Shown here: positions 1-27,282 of the stretch, piece by piece
Layout: each line of letters starts with the position of its first letter
Position numbering within the stretch: the stretch's first letter is position 1
NCBI RefSeq assembly: GCF_009914755.1
Contig: NC_060936.1
Source: the human T2T-CHM13v2.0 reference genome, Homo sapiens
Strand: one strand, 5' to 3'
DNA: 64,000 bases
Program-made: the position numbers and the translations under genes
The notes under the pieces: generated by a model
Seen by the model: the letters and a program-made list of their open reading frames with translations, nothing else
Told to the model about the DNA's origin: nothing
Databases searched by the model: none

Positions 1-645
1 CCAATGTGAGCCCTGCATCTTCCCTTAGATAGGTTCTCTTGGTCCTCAGATAAAGGAACTATAATGCACATCAACTCAAAGGGAGCTTGGCTCTTAGTTA
101 CTCATGCCAGCAGTTACATGCCCATCCCCTATGCCTGCTCTTCTGGAAATAGCAAACAAGATATTACATAACTTGGTCATTTCTCTAAAACAAAAGTAAC
201 ATAGAACTAATTTTGATTCTCTCTGAAATGATATTATTCAAAATAATTATTCTTTCCCTTCATGGGCATATACCTATATGAAAGAACAAACTTTGACAAT
301 AAAAATATATATGGTTTGTATTCACCCAGAAGAAAAAAATTATTTATACATCAATTAATAAGTGTGAATTGAACAAACACTATTTAGTTATCATTATGAC
401 TTGTACAAAGCATGATGAGAACTCTATAATGTTATAGCTATTATGCTTATTATATATTGTCTGTATGTCTTCATGAATAAAATAGAAACAAGAGTATAGT
501 AAGCTTGAATTTTTCCAGCTGAATTTTCAACAAGGCACACTGTTTATCTCTCTAATATCAAGGTTGTAAATTAGAATCAGCAGTGGGAACATTTTTAAAA
601 TCAATGTTTTATAAAAATTATTGTATTTCTTTGTATTGCATTTCT

Positions 646-2013
646 TTTTTTTATTATTATACTTTAAGTTCTGGGATACATGTGGAGAACGTGCAGGTTT
701 GTTACACAGGTATACACGTGCCATGGTGGTTTGCTGCACCCAACAACCCGTCATCTACATTAGGTATTTCTCCTAATGCTATCCCTCCCCTAGCCCCTGA
801 CCCCCTGACAGGCCCCTGTGTGTGATGTTCCCCTCCCTGTGTCCATGTGTTCCCATTGTTCAGCTCCCATTTATGAGTGAGAACATGTGGTGTTTGGTTT
901 TCTGATCCTGTGTTAGTTTGCTGAGAATAATGGTTTCCAGCTTCATCCATGTCCCTGCGAAGGACATGAACTCATCCTTTTTTATGGCTACATAGTATTC
1001 CATGGTGTATATAGGCCACATTTTCTTTATCCAGTCTATCATTGATGGGCATTTGGGTTGGTTCCAAGTCTTTGCTATTGTGAATAGTGCTGCAATAAAC
1101 ACATGTGTGCATGTGTCTTTGTAGTAGGATGATTTATAATCCTTTGGCTATATACCCAGTAATGGGATTGCTGGGTCAAATGGTATTTCTGGTTCGAGAT
1201 CCTTGAGGAAGCACCACACTGTCTTCCACAAAGGTTGAACTAATTTACACTCCCACCAACAGTGTAAAAGCATTCCTATTTCTCCACATCCTCTCCAGCA
1301 TCTGTTGTTTCCTGACTTTTTAATGATCACCATTCTAACTGGCATGAGATGGTATCTTACTGTGGTTTTGATTTGCATTTCTCTAATGATCAGTGATGAT
1401 GAGCGTGTTTTCATAGGTTGTTTGGATGCATAAATGTCTTCTTTTGAGAAGTGTCTGTTCATATCCTTCACCCACTTTTTAATGGGTTTGTTTGTTTTTT
1501 CTTGTAAATTTGTTTAAGTTATTTGTAGATTCTGGATACTAGCCCTTTGTCAGATGGGTAGATTGCAAAAATGTTCTCCCATTCTGTAGGTTGCCTGTTC
1601 ACTCTGATGATAGTTTCTTTTGCTGTGCAGAAGCTCTTTAGTTTAATTAGATCCCATTTGTCAATTTTGGCTTTTGTTGCCATTGCTTTTGTGTTTTAAT
1701 CATGAAGACTTTGCCCATGCCTACGTCCTGAATGGTATTGCCTAGGTTTTCTTCTAGGGTTTTTACGACGTTAGGTCTTACATTTAAGTCTTTAATCCAT
1801 CTGAGTTAATTTTTGTACAAGGTGTAAGGAAGGGTTTTCTTTCAGTTTTCTGCATATGGCTAGCCAATTTTCCCAACACCATTGATTAAATAGGGAATCC
1901 TTTCCCCACTGCTTGTTTTTGTCAGGTTTGTCAAAGATCAGGTGGTTGGAGATGTGTGGCATTATTTCTGAGGCCTCTGTTCTGTTCCATTTGTCTATAT
2001 ATCTGTTTTGGTA
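646..2013 (-). mobile_element. L1PA7-like LINE-1, 3' non-inverted segment (polyA tail, 3'UTR, ORF2 C-terminus)
   Basis: PolyT at ~646 followed by reverse-complement L1 3'UTR. Minus-strand ORFs 860-1102 and 1148-1471 translate to the ORF2p C-terminus ([16 protein letters not shown]). 3'UTR motifs fit PA7. Confidence 0.93.
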
Positions 2014-2816
2014 TTGACGGAATGTATCTCAAAATAATAAGAGGCATTTATGACAAACCCACAGTCAGTGTCATACTGAATAGGCAAAAGCTGGAAGCAT
2101 TCCCTTTGAAAACTGGCATAAGACAAGGATGCCCTCCCTCATCACTCCTATTCAACATATTATTGGAAGTTCTGGCCAGAGCAATCAGGCACGAGAAACA
2201 AATAAAGGGTATTCAAATAGGAAGAGAGGAAGTCAAGTTGTCCCTGTTTGCAGATGACATGATTGTATATTTAGCAAATCCCATCGTCTCAGCCCAAAAT
2301 CTCCTCAAGCTGATAAGCAACTTCAGCAAAGTCTCAGGATACAAAATCAATGTGCAAAAATTACAAGCATTCCTATATACCAATAATAGACAAACAGAGA
2401 GACAAATCATGAGTGAACTCCCATTCACAATTGCTACAAAGAGAATAAAATACCTAGAAATCCAATTTACAAGGGATGTGAAAGACCTCTTCAAGGAGAA
2501 CTACAAACCACTGCTCAAGGAAATAAGAGAAGACACAAACAACTGCAAAAACATTCCACGCTCATGGATAGGAGGAATCAATATCGTGAAAATGGCCATA
2601 CTGCCCAAAGCAATTTATCAATTCAATGCTATCCCCATCAAGCTACCATTGACTTACTTCACAGAATTAGAAGAAAACTACTTTAAATTTTATATGGAAC
2701 CAAAAAAGAGCCCTCCATAGCCAAGACAACTCTAAGCAAAAAGAACAAAGCTGGAAGCATCATGCTACTTGACTTCAAACTATACTACAAGGTTACTACA
2801 GTAACAAAAACAGCAT
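2010..2816 (+). mobile_element. Inverted 5' segment of the same L1 (ORF2 RT region; twin-priming inversion)
   Basis: Plus-strand ORF2 RT sequence (LFADDMIVY). GGTA microhomology at the junction 2010-2013. TSD GCATTTCT at 638-645 and 2813-2820. Confidence 0.92.
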
Positions 2817-2895
2817 TTCTATATTTTTTAAAATGCATTAAAACAAATGTACCAGAGTTTGGATAGGAAACCAGAAAGACATCATTTTCTTCTGC

Positions 2896-2926
2896 ACAAA
2901 CAAAACAAAACAAAACAAAACAAAAC
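2896..2926 (+). repeat. (CAAAA)n microsatellite
   Basis: Direct reading. Confidence 0.9.
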
Positions 2927-3193
2927 CAGGGAATTTAGAAGATCTTCTGAAGACACGGTGGAAAAGAGGACCTCCTTGAAGTTATGAAGAATACTTAACT
3001 GGTCCTGGGATGGCACCTTTCATCAAATCTATCAAAAAGTACTTACTAAACACTGATATTACACAAGACACAGAGCAAGTATGGTCTTTAATCTTAACCC
3101 TAGCTCAATGTGTAAGTAACCTTAGAATAACTAAGCTAACATTCGAACCGGGGAACACTTTGCAATTCTTCGCAAGTAGTTTTTAAACCTTAC

Positions 3194-3353
3194 CAAGCCA
3201 AGGTCTACTGTGAAAATGATATCTGAATTTTGATAACACACATTACAAAATATTTCCTCTAACTGGACACTCAGGATGGTTTGCATAAAAAGCTACCAAA
3301 CTATCATAATGTAATCATTATATTAAGGAACAAAATTAATCAAATTCTTTGGC
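3194..3353 (-). other. Candidate degenerate exon (160 nt)
   Basis: Minus-strand acceptor cctttccttatctag|G and donor TTG|gtaagg in non-repeat DNA. All frames contain stops. Confidence 0.3.
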
Positions 3354-3914
3354 CTAGATAAGGAAAGGCTATTAGTGGCTGTAATGGATTCTGTCATTGT
3401 GGAAATGATTCGAAAAATTAGATTTCTTCTTATTAATATTAACACAGAGATGAGGAAGTAGCTAGTATTGCATTTCATGAAAAGAGAATCATAGAATGAG
3501 AAAAGACAAATATAATTTTTTCTGGAAATTGGCAAATAAATCTATGACTAAATACAAACCTTACAAGCAGTACTTTAGCTAACACGGGAATCAGGACACC
3601 TAAGCCAGAAAATAAATATCTTGAGCTTTCCTGTAAACATAAATTTTTAGGCTAATGTGTATAAACCCTTGTCTGAGTCATTTGTAGTTTTTGTCACTAA
3701 TATTGTGACATTCTGGATTTGGTTAGATAGGGCAACAAAGTGCCCAATTATTTCAGTGAACCAGAGTTGAATCGTTGCTGGTCAAACCCTTAAAATGATT
3801 GTATACCAACAAAGGACTGACCAACATTTCAAGTGAGCACAAAAAAATATAAAGGTCTACTGTGGGAGAAATGAAGAGAAATATTCACACCAGTGGCAAA
3901 AATAAAGTTCAGAA

Positions 3915-4560
3915 TCATCATGTATGCAGAAAATCCAAAGAATCTCAATTAGAATGAAATATAAATTGAACATGACTGTTAGATTATGAGTCAATACATG
4001 AAAATAAATTGTATTTCTGTGTTCCGGCAACAATCAAGTGAAAAATAAAATTTGAAAAACAATACTATTTACAATAATATAAAAAATAAATTTTCTGAAA
4101 ATAAATCTGCTACTGAAAGGCATGGAAAACCAGAAAGTATTACTAAGACTAGTTAAATAAAGAAATAGAAATAAATAAAGAGAAACATATACTATGTCCA
4201 CGTACCAGATGAGTTAATATTATTAAAATGACAAAATTCACCTTATTGATTTATAAAAGTCAATTTAACTTGGTCAGAATCTCAACATGTGCATGCGTGT
4301 GTGTGTGTAAATTGACAAGCAATCATTTATATGAAAATGAAAAGGCCAAGAAAATCTGAAAGAAGAAAAAATTCTGTATGACTTATACTATCAGATTTCA
4401 AGATTTACCACAAAGCAAGTGTAGTTAAGATAGCATGACCTGAGCTCAAGGCTACACATATAGAACAACGGAACAGAATAAAGAGTGTAGAGAAAGACAC
4501 ACACATAAATGGTCATTTGATTCATGGCAAAGGTAAACTTTAGTGAAGAAAGTTGTCTTT
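3915..4560 (+). mobile_element. Old L1M (L1ME/MC-type) ORF2 fragment, host of later insertions; continues at 11031-11490
   Basis: Degenerate ORF2 motifs (tatgcagaaaatccaaagaa; cagatttcaagatttaccacaaagc; tagaacaacggaacagaataaag). Confidence 0.75.
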
Positions 4561-4577
4561 TAAAATGAGTGGCACAT

Positions 4578-5486
4578 GGGGGGGAGGAGCCAAGATGGCT
4601 GAATAGGAACAGCTCCAGTCTACAGCTCCCAGCGTGAGCGACGCAGAAGACGGGTGATTTCTGCATTTCCATCTGAGGTACCGGGTTCATCTCACTAGGG
4701 AGTGCCAGAGAGTGGGCGCAGGTCAGTGGGTGCGCGCACTGTGCGCGAGCTGAAGCAGGGTGAGGCATTGCCTCACTTGGGAAGCACAAGAGGTCAGGGA
4801 GTTCCCTTTCCTAGTCAAAGACAGGGGTGACCCATGGCACCTGGAAAATTGGGTCACTCCCACCCAAATACCGCGCTTTTCCGACAGGCTTAAAAAACGA
4901 CGCAGCACGAGATTATATCCCACACCCAGCTCGGAGGGTCCTATGCCCACGGAGTCTCGCTGATTGCTAGCACAGCAGTCTGAGATCAAACTGCAAGGCT
5001 GCAGCGAGGCTGGGGGAGGGGCGCCCGCCATTGCCCAGGCTTGATTAGGTAAACAAAGCAGCTGGGAAGCTCGAACTGGGCGGAGCCCACCACAGCTCAA
5101 GGAGGCCTGCCTGCCTCTGTAGGCTCCACCTCTGGGGGCAGGGCACAGACAAACAAAAAGACAGCAGTAACCTCTGCAGACTTAAATGTCCCTGTCTGAC
5201 AGCTTTGAAGAGAGCAGTGGTTCTCCCAGTATGCAGCTGGAGATCTGAGAACGGGCAGACTGCCTCCTCAAGTGGGTCCCTGACCCCTGACCCCCGAGCA
5301 GCCTAACTGGGAGGCACCCCCCAGCAGGGGCACACTGACACCTCACACGGCAGGGTACTCCAACAGACCTGCAGCTGAGGGTCCTGTCTGTTAGAAGGAA
5401 AACTAACAAACAGAAAGGACAGCCACACCAAAAACCCATCTGTACATCACCATCATCAAAGACCAAAAGTAGATAAAACCACAAAG
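4578..5486. promoter_or_regulatory. L1 5'UTR internal sense promoter and antisense promoter (CpG-rich)
   Basis: YY1 site caagatggc near the 5' end. CpG density is well above the flanks. Promoter function is established for L1PA 5'UTRs. Confidence 0.8.
4723..5031 (-). CDS. L1 ORF0 (antisense 5'UTR ORF), open, 102 aa
   Basis: ATG at 5031 gives MAGAPPPASLQPCSLISDCCASNQRDSV..., the recognised ORF0 N-terminus, within ORF 4723..5100. Confidence 0.75.
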   Translation of the reverse strand: MAGAPPPASLQPCSLISDCCASNQRDSVGIGPSELGVGYNLVLRRFLSLSEKRGIWVGVTQFSRCHGSPLSLTRKGNSLTSCASQVRQCLTLLQLAHSARTH

Positions 5487-6502
5487 ATGGGGAAAAAACA
5501 GAACAGAAAAACTGGAAACTCTAAAAAGCAGAGCGCCTCTCCTCCTCCAAAGGAACGCAGTTCCTCACCAGCAATGGAACAAAGCTGGACGGAGAACGAC
5601 TTTGACGAGCTGAGAGAAGAAGGCTTCAGATGATCAAATTACTCTGAGCTATGGGAGGACATTCAAACCAAAGGCAAAGAAGAGGAAAACTTTGAAAAAA
5701 ATTTAGAAGAATGTATAACTATAATAACCAATACAGAGAAGTGCTTAAAGGAGCTGATGGAGCTTAAAACCAAGGCTTGAGAACTACGTGAAGAATGCAG
5801 AAGCCTCAGGAGCCGATGCGATCAACTGGAAGAAAGGGTATCAGCAATGGAAGATGAAATGAATGAAATGAAGCGAGAAGGAAAGTTTAGAGAAAAAAGA
5901 ATAAAAAGAAATGAGCAAAGCCTCCAAGAAATATGGGACTATGTAAAAAGACCAAATCTACATCTGATTGGTGTACCTGAAAGTGACGGAGAGAATGGAA
6001 CCAAGTTGGAAAACACTCTGCAGGATATTATCCAGGAGAACTTCCCCAATCTAACAAGGCAGGCCAACGTTCAGATTCAGGAAATACAGAGAACGCCACA
6101 AAGATACTCCTCAAGAAGAGCAACTCCAAGACACATAATTGTCAGATTCACCAAAGTTGAAATGAAGGAAAAAATGTTAAGGGCAGCCAGAGAGAAAGGT
6201 CGGGTTACCCTCAAAGGGAAGCCCATCAGACTAACAGTGGATCTCTCGGCAGAAGCCCTACAAGCCAGAAGAGAGTGGGGGCCAATATTCAACATTCCTA
6301 AGAAAAGAATTTTCAACCCAGAATTTCATATCCAGCCAAACTAAGCTTCATAAGTGAAGGAGAAATAAAATACTTTACAGACACGCAAATGCTGAGAGAT
6401 TTTGTCACCACCAGGCCTGCCCTAAAAGAGCTCCTGAAGGAAGCGCTAAACATGGAAGGGAACAACCGGTACCAGCCGCTGCAAAATCATGCCAAAATGT
6501 AA
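5487..6502 (+). pseudogene. L1 ORF1p, disrupted
   Basis: ATGGGGAAAAAACAG start. In-frame TGA stops at ~5631 and ~5778 and a frameshift at ~6300. ORF 5847-6344 matches ORF1p (QEIWDYVKRPNL). Confidence 0.92.
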
Positions 6503-6565
6503 AGACCATCGAGACTAGGAAGAAACTGCATCAACTAACGAGCAAAATCACCAGCTAACATCATA

Positions 6566-10376
<3,811 letters not shown>

Positions 10377-10636
10377 ACAATGAGATCGCATGGACACAGG
10401 AAGGGGAACATCACACTCTGGGGACTGTTGTGGGGTGGGGGGAGGGGCGAGGGATACTATTGGGAGATATACCTAATGCTAGATGACGAGTTAGTGGGTG
10501 CAGCGCACCAGCATGGCACGTGTATACATATGTAACTAACCTGCACAATGTGCACATGTACCCTAAAACTTAAAGTATAATAATAAAAGAAAAAAAATTA
10601 AAAAAAAATAAAAAAATAAAATAAAATGAGTGGCAC

Positions 10637-11020
10637 TTACATATACTCCATGGAATACTATGCAGCCATAAAAATGGATGAGTTCATGTCCTTTGTAGGG
10701 ACATGGATGAAGCTGGAAACCATCATTATCAGCAAACTATCACAAGGACAAAAAACCAAGCACCACATGTTCTCACTCATAGGTGGGAATTGAACGATGA
10801 GAACACTTGGACACAGCAAGGGGAACATCACACACCGGGGCCTGTCGTGGGGTGGGGGAGGGGGGAGTGATAGCAGTAGAAGATATACCTAATGTAAATG
10901 ACGAGTTAATGGGTGTAGCACACCAACATGGCACATGTATACATATGTAACAAACCTGCACGTTGTGCACATGTACCCTAGAACTTAAAGTATAATAAAT
11001 AAAATAATAAAAAAATAAAA
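10637..11020 (+). mobile_element. 5'-truncated L1PA5-like 3' end, older than the adjacent L1PA3
   Basis: ORF2 end, 3'UTR (aatgtaaatgacgagttaatggg) and polyA. TSD TAAAATGAGT repeated at 11021-11030. Confidence 0.9.
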
Positions 11021-11030
11021 TAAAATGAGT

Positions 11031-11490
11031 AGAACTTATTTTTTTGATCCATCTGGGAAGTAAAATGAATTCTACTTTATACTATATACAAAGAAAAAAT
11101 AAAAATTCATCAGATAATTAAATTTAAAAAATAAAAAGCTTCTAGATGAAAACATGGGAGAATAGTTTTATAATCCTTGGAAAGGTAAAGATTGCTTAAA
11201 CAGGATACACGAAAGCCCTAAGCATTAAGGAAAGAAATTACAATTAAATTTCATTAAATTGAGAACCTCTGTTGACTAAAAGTCATCATTTAGAGAGTGA
11301 AAAATAAGCCACGGTCTAGAAGAAAATAGGGTAATACATATTAATATATTCAATACTGTATGCATTTCCAGACCCTTTAATAAACTCTTACCAATCAATA
11401 ATTTAAAAATAAAAAATCTCAACAACTAAAAAGAGCAAAAGACATAAATAAGCCTTCGAAAAGGTATTTAACATTATTTGTCATTAAATA
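11031..11490 (+). mobile_element. Old L1M ORF2 fragment (continuation)
   Basis: Degenerate motifs (cttctagatgaaaacatggga, gtgaaaaataagccac). Confidence 0.65.
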
Positions 11491-12130
11491 AAAACTAGCT
11501 GGAGGAGGTGGAACAAGAGGCCAAATAGAAGCCCCTATCAATCATCCACCGCCTAGCAGAAACACCAAATTTAACAGCTATCTACACACCCAAAAAGGAC
11601 CTTTCAAGAAAATCACCAAAAATCAGGTGAACAATCACAATAACTGGTTTTAACTTTATATCACTGAAAGAGGCAATGAAGAGGGTAAGAAAGACAGTCT
11701 TCACTTGCTGATGCCACCCCTCCCTCATACCCTGGCAGTGTCATGTAGCACAGAGAATCTGTGCACTTGAGGGAGGGAGGGCACAGCCAGTAGGACTTTG
11801 TATGGCCTACAGTGCTGTCAAGACTGGACAGAACTCTGCTGACACCCGCAGAGGGAGCATTTAGACCAGCCATAGGCAGAGGGGAATTGTTTATCCAGAG
11901 GTTGTAATTTCAGTTCCAGCAAGCCTTGCCTCCATGGGCTAAAGTGCTTTGGGGTCCTAAATTACCTTGTCAGGCAGTCTAGGGTACAAAACTTGCAACT
12001 CCTAGGCAAGTTCTACTGCTGTGCTGGGCTCAGAGCTAGGGGACTTGGTGGGCACATGACCTACTGAAACGCCAGCCAGGGCAGACAAGGGAGTGTTGCA
12101 CCACCCCTCCCTCAATCCCAGGCAGCATAG

Positions 12131-12584
<454 letters not shown>

Positions 12585-13470
12585 AAATATCTGTTCTGAG
12601 TGAAGTCAATGAAATTCCAAATAACACAAAGAAAGAATTCAGAATTTATCAGATATCTTTAAAGAAGACATTAGAATGACATAAAAGAATCAAGCAGAAA
12701 TTCTGGAGTTGAAGAATGCAATTGACATACTGAAGAATGTGTCAGAGTCTCTTAATAGCAGAATTGATCAAGCAGAAGAAAGAATTAGTGAGCTTGAAGA
12801 CAGGCTATTTGAAAATACATAGAAGAGACAAAAGAAAAAATAAAAAACAGTGAAGATCTAGAAAAATAGCCTCAAAAGGACAAATCTAAGAGTTACTGGC
12901 CTTAAAGAGGAGGTGGAGAGAAAGATAAAAGTGGAAAGTTTATTCAAAGAGCAAATAACAGGAAACTTTCCCAACCTAGAGAAATATACCAGTATTCAAG
13001 TACTAGAAGGTTATAGAACACCAAGAAGATTTAACCCAAAGAAGACTACCTCAAGACATTTAATAATCAAACTCCCAAAAGTCAGGGATAGAAGAAAGGA
13101 CACTAAAAGCAGCAAGAGAAAAGAAACAAATAACATACAATGGAGTGCCAATACCTTTGGCAGCAGACTTTTCAGTGGAAACCATGAGTGATTAGCATGA
13201 TATTTAAGGTGCCGAAGGAAGAAAACGTTTTTACCCTAGAATAGTATATTTGGCAAAAATTTTCTTTAAACATGCAGGAGAAATAAAGGCTTTCACAGAT
13301 TAAAAAAAAAAAAAAGCAGAGGGATTTCATCAACACTAGACTTGCCCTACAAGAAGTGCTGAAGGAAGTTCTTCAATCTGAAAGAAAAGGACATATTAAT
13401 GAGCTATAAGAAATCATCTGAAGGTACAAAACTCACTGGTAATGGTAAGTACACAGAAAACACAGAATAT

Positions 13471-13796
<326 letters not shown>

Positions 13797-13868
13797 TTAA
13801 TTGTGGTTTGTAAACTACTTATATCTTAAGCAGAAAGAGTAAAAGATGAATTAATCAAAAATAATAAA

Positions 13869-14170
<302 letters not shown>

Positions 14171-14225
14171 TAATAATAACAAATCTTCAAGACACAGACA
14201 GTACAGTAAGATATAAATAGAAACA

Positions 14226-20750
<6,525 letters not shown>

Positions 20751-23069
20751 AATTAAAAAGATTATAGGTGAATACTGTGAACAATTATATTAAAACAAAT
20801 TAGACAACTTAGATGAAATGAATTAACCCTGGGAAGATACAAATCATCAAAACCGACTTAAGAAGTAATAGAAAAACTGAACAAACTTTAAAAAGTTAAT
20901 AGATTAATTTGTAATCAAAATTATTTCACAAGTAAAAGTCCAGGTCCAAATGGCTTCAGTGGTAAACTCTACCAAACATTGAAAGAAGAGTTAACAATTC
21001 TTCACAAACTCTTCTAAAGAATAGAAGAGGGGAGAACACTCCTCAACATAATCAAAGTTTTATTCTGGCCTTGGTATCAGGGTGATACTAAAGCCAGACA
21101 AAGGTTACAAGAAAACTACATACTAATATCTTTGGCACAAATGTTCAGTGGAATGCTAAAACTAAATCCAGCAACATATACAAAGGATTATGTACCATGA
21201 CAAAACAATTTTAACTGAAAATAAACTAATGTAATACACTACTAAAAAGTAATGACAAAAATCAAATAATCATTGCAATAGATACAGAAATAAACTTGAA
21301 AATTTAAACAGCCCTTCAAGACAGAAACATTCGATAAACCAAGAATAGAACAGAACTAATAAAGGTCATCTACAAAAAACCAACAGCTGACATCATAGAT
21401 AATGATAAAAGACTTAATGCTTTTCCAGTAAGACAGCAACAGAACAAGAATATCTGCTCTCATCACTTCTATTCAATTTTGTACTGAGTTTCTTGCCAGA
21501 GTAATTGGGTAAGAAAATGGGGGGTAAAAAGCTATCTATATTGAAAAGGAAGAAGTAAAACTATTTATATATACAGATGACACAATCTTGTATGTAGAAA
21601 ATCTTGAAGAATCCACTAAAATGTAGTAGAACTAATAAACTAATCCAGCAAGTTGCATGAAAAAGATCAATATATGAAAACAATTCTGTTTCTATACATT
21701 AGCAAAGAATAACTCAAAAATGAAATTGAGAAAATTCTACTTATAATAGCATGAAAAGAATAAATTATTTCAGAATAAATTTAACAAAGTTTACATCCTG
21801 AATACTATAACATATTGTTGAAAAAAACTAAAGAAGATCTAAAACAGTGGGAACACATTCCATATGTTCATGATTTGGAAGAACTAATCTTTTTAAATGG
21901 CAATACTCTCCAAATTGATGCAGAGATTCCATGAAATCTGTATTAAATTTCCAGCTGATTTCTGTAAAGAAATTGAGAAGTTGATCCTGTAATTCATATG
22001 GAAATACAAGTGACCTAAAATAGCCAGATGATTCTTGAAAAGGAAAAGAGATGCAGGACGCACACTTCTGGATTTCAAGACACACAATAAAGCAAAATCA
22101 TCAAGACAGTATGGTACTGGTATAAGGACAGACATATAGAATCTAGAAATAAACCCTCATGTTAATGGTCAATTGATTCTTTATAAGGATCTCAAGACTA
22201 TTCGAGGGCAAAAGAATAGTGTTTTTAATAAATATTGTTGGGATGAGTGAGTATCCACATATAAAAGGATAAAGTTAGATCTCTTCCTCAAGCTGTATCT
22301 AAAAATTAACTAAAATGCACTGTAGTCCTAAATATAAGAGCTAAAACTGTAAAATTTTTTGAGAAAACATCTAAGGAAATCTTCACAGCCTTGGACTAGA
22401 CAACCTTGTCTCAGATCTGATACCAAAGGCACATGAACAAAAAAGAAAGAAAGAAAGATATATTGGACCTCATTAAAATTAAAACTTTTCTCCTTCAAGG
22501 TACCATCAAGAGAGTGAAAATACAACCCGTGGAATGGGAGAAAATATTAGCAAATTATATACCTGATAAGGAACTTGTGCCCAGAATATGTAGGAAACAC
22601 TTATAATTCAGTAATAAAACAAAATCCAATTAGAAAACTGTTCAAAGTATCTGAACAGACATTTCTCCAAAGAAGATATCCAAATGACCAATAAGCACAT
22701 GAAAAGTGGCTCAGCAACGTTAACCAGCAGTGAAATGCAAATCAAAACCACAATCAGAGAGCTTTCACATCACTAGGATGGCTGTAATAACAAGACAGAT
22801 AAAAAATGATGACAAGTTGTGGAGAAAGTTGAACCCTCAGACACTGCTGGTGGGAATATAAAATGGCAGAATTGCTTTGGAAAACACTCTGGTATTTCCA
22901 CAAAAGGTTAAACATAGTTACCATCTGATGCAGCAATCTTTCTCCTAGCCCGATGCCCAAGAGAAATGAAAACACAGGTTTACACAAAAAATTACACACA
23001 AATGTTCACAGAAGCATTATTCATAATAGTAAAAAAGTAGAAACAACTTAAATATCCATTAACTGGAGC

Positions 23070-23122
23070 ACATGTGTGTGTATATATACACACATATATA
23101 CATACACACACACACACATATA
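23070..23122. repeat. (TG)(TA)(CA) compound microsatellite
   Basis: Direct reading. Confidence 0.85.
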
Positions 23123-23140
23123 TGATGTGGCACATCAATA

Positions 23141-23608
23141 TGTCTTAATTTCCTATTGCTTCTGTAAAAAATTACCACAATTTGATGGCTTAAAGCAATG
23201 CTAGTTTACTATATTATAATCCTAGAAGTCAGAGATTTTAAAATGAGTGTTTGCAGGGCTATGTTCCTTTTGGAGGTTCATTCTGGGAATTATTTTCTTG
23301 ACTTCTTCAGCTTCTAAAGGCTTCCCTCATTCATTGTTTCATGGTTCTGCAAGACATAGCCTCTTTTTCCTCTCTGTTTCTGTAGTCACATCACCTTCCC
23401 CTTAACTTTGACTGTCTTGTGTCCCTCTTATAAAGCCCCTGTGATTACACTGAGCCCACCCAGACACTTTAGGATAGTCTCCCCATCTCTAGACTATTAA
23501 CTTAATCAGATCTTCAAAGCCTCTTTTGCTATATAAGGTAACATATTCACAGGTTCTGAGAATTAGTATATTGACATCTTTTGGGGAGCTATTATTCTGT
23601 CTACCACA
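23141..23608 (-). mobile_element. MLT1 (C/D-like) MaLR solo LTR
   Basis: TG...CA termini (tgtcttaatttcctattgc ... ctaccaca). 5-bp TSD CAATA/CCATA. Confidence 0.8.
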
Positions 23609-24164
23609 CCATAAAATGGAAACTTATTCAGCAATAAAAAGGAATGAATTACCGGTAGATATTTCAACATGGACAAACATTGACAACATTATGCTAAGTG
23701 AAAGAAGCTAGTCACAAAAAACCACATATTTTAAGATTCAATTTATATTAAATGTCCAGAATATGCAAACCTATGAAGCCAGAAAGCAGGGTAGTGGTTG
23801 CCTACTGTCCGAGGAGTTGAAGGAAAATTCACAGTAACTGCTAATGGGTATGGAGTTTCTTGTGTTCAAGGTGATTAAATGTTCCAAAATTGATTGTGCT
23901 GATTCTTTCATAACTCTGTAAATATATGCTAAAAACCATTGAATATTCTATTTAAATGATTGAATTGCATAGTATGTGATATATAAAATAAATCTGTCAT
24001 ATTAAAAAAAATCAACCATCTAACACTATACATCCACCAGAATCTCTCACCAACAAAATATAAGAATTCTAGTTGATTCAAATCCTTACCAACATATGAT
24101 ATTGTCATACTTTACTGACAGGAGTGTAAATTGGCTACAATATTTTGGAAAAGTATTTGGCAGT

Positions 24165-26640
<2,476 letters not shown>

Positions 26641-27137
26641 TTCCTACTTATCTTCCTTCTTTCCTTTGTATTTGTGTATATATAATGATGTGAGCAGTAG
26701 AAAGATATGAAAATTTACAATACATAGATATTATAGTCTTATGAAAATGCATATGAGGAAAGACGTAATTTTTTAAAGAACTAGAAGATTGTTTCTGACA
26801 AGAACAGCAAGCATATGATATAAACTATGTGAAAATATATACACATAATATTTGTCTATTTGCATGATGAGATATATAAAAGGAGAGTCACTACATATTA
26901 ACGGTGGTTATCACAGGATAAGTGGATTTCAAGAATCAGTTTATTTCTTCTTCATATATTGTTTGCAGTTTTTTACAGGGAGCATATATTGTCCATCTTC
27001 TCAAGAAGTGAAATTGTTTTCATTTTAAATTAAAAGGAAGAGGACAGATGAGGGCTAGATAAACTTTTGGAGCAAACACGCCTGGATATAGAAGAGGAAT
27101 GAAGGGATGACTGGTTGATCATGAGCAAGAAATGTGT

Positions 27138-27282
27138 TTAGATGCAACCCTGGGTGATCCTGCAAAAAAAAAGCCAAGATAGCTCTAATTGTATGGGCAG
27201 GAAAACCCCTTCCAGCATCGTATTCACAGGAGTGCTTCCTTCTTTTCTGAGAAAGGGTTCCGTATCCTCCTGGGTGTGGTGA
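27138..27282 (-). pseudogene. Candidate degenerate homeobox exon (PRD-class-like, helices 1-2 up to residue 46)
   Basis: Follows acceptor ...ctgatgctctttctctcattcc...ctcag|. With two frameshifts it translates as TTPRRIRNPFSEKKEALL..FPAHTIRAILAFFCRITQGCI*, matching homeodomain positions R2,R3,R5,F8,L16,Y/F25,P26,R31,L34,A35,L/I40,T41,V/I45. Confidence 0.45.

Larger units (their letters stand above)
20755..24010 (+). mobile_element. L1MB-type element (ORF2 3' part and 3'UTR)
   Basis: Degenerate ORF2. 3'UTR motif aatgggtatggagtttc...aattgattgtg. Confidence 0.8.

Noticed and set aside
1956-2720. 254-aa ORF as a novel gene
   Set aside because: It is L1 RT sequence fused to antisense L1 across the inversion junction.
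10420-10455. G-quadruplex-like G runs (also ~10850, ~47120)
   Set aside because: Standard feature of L1PA 3'UTRs.
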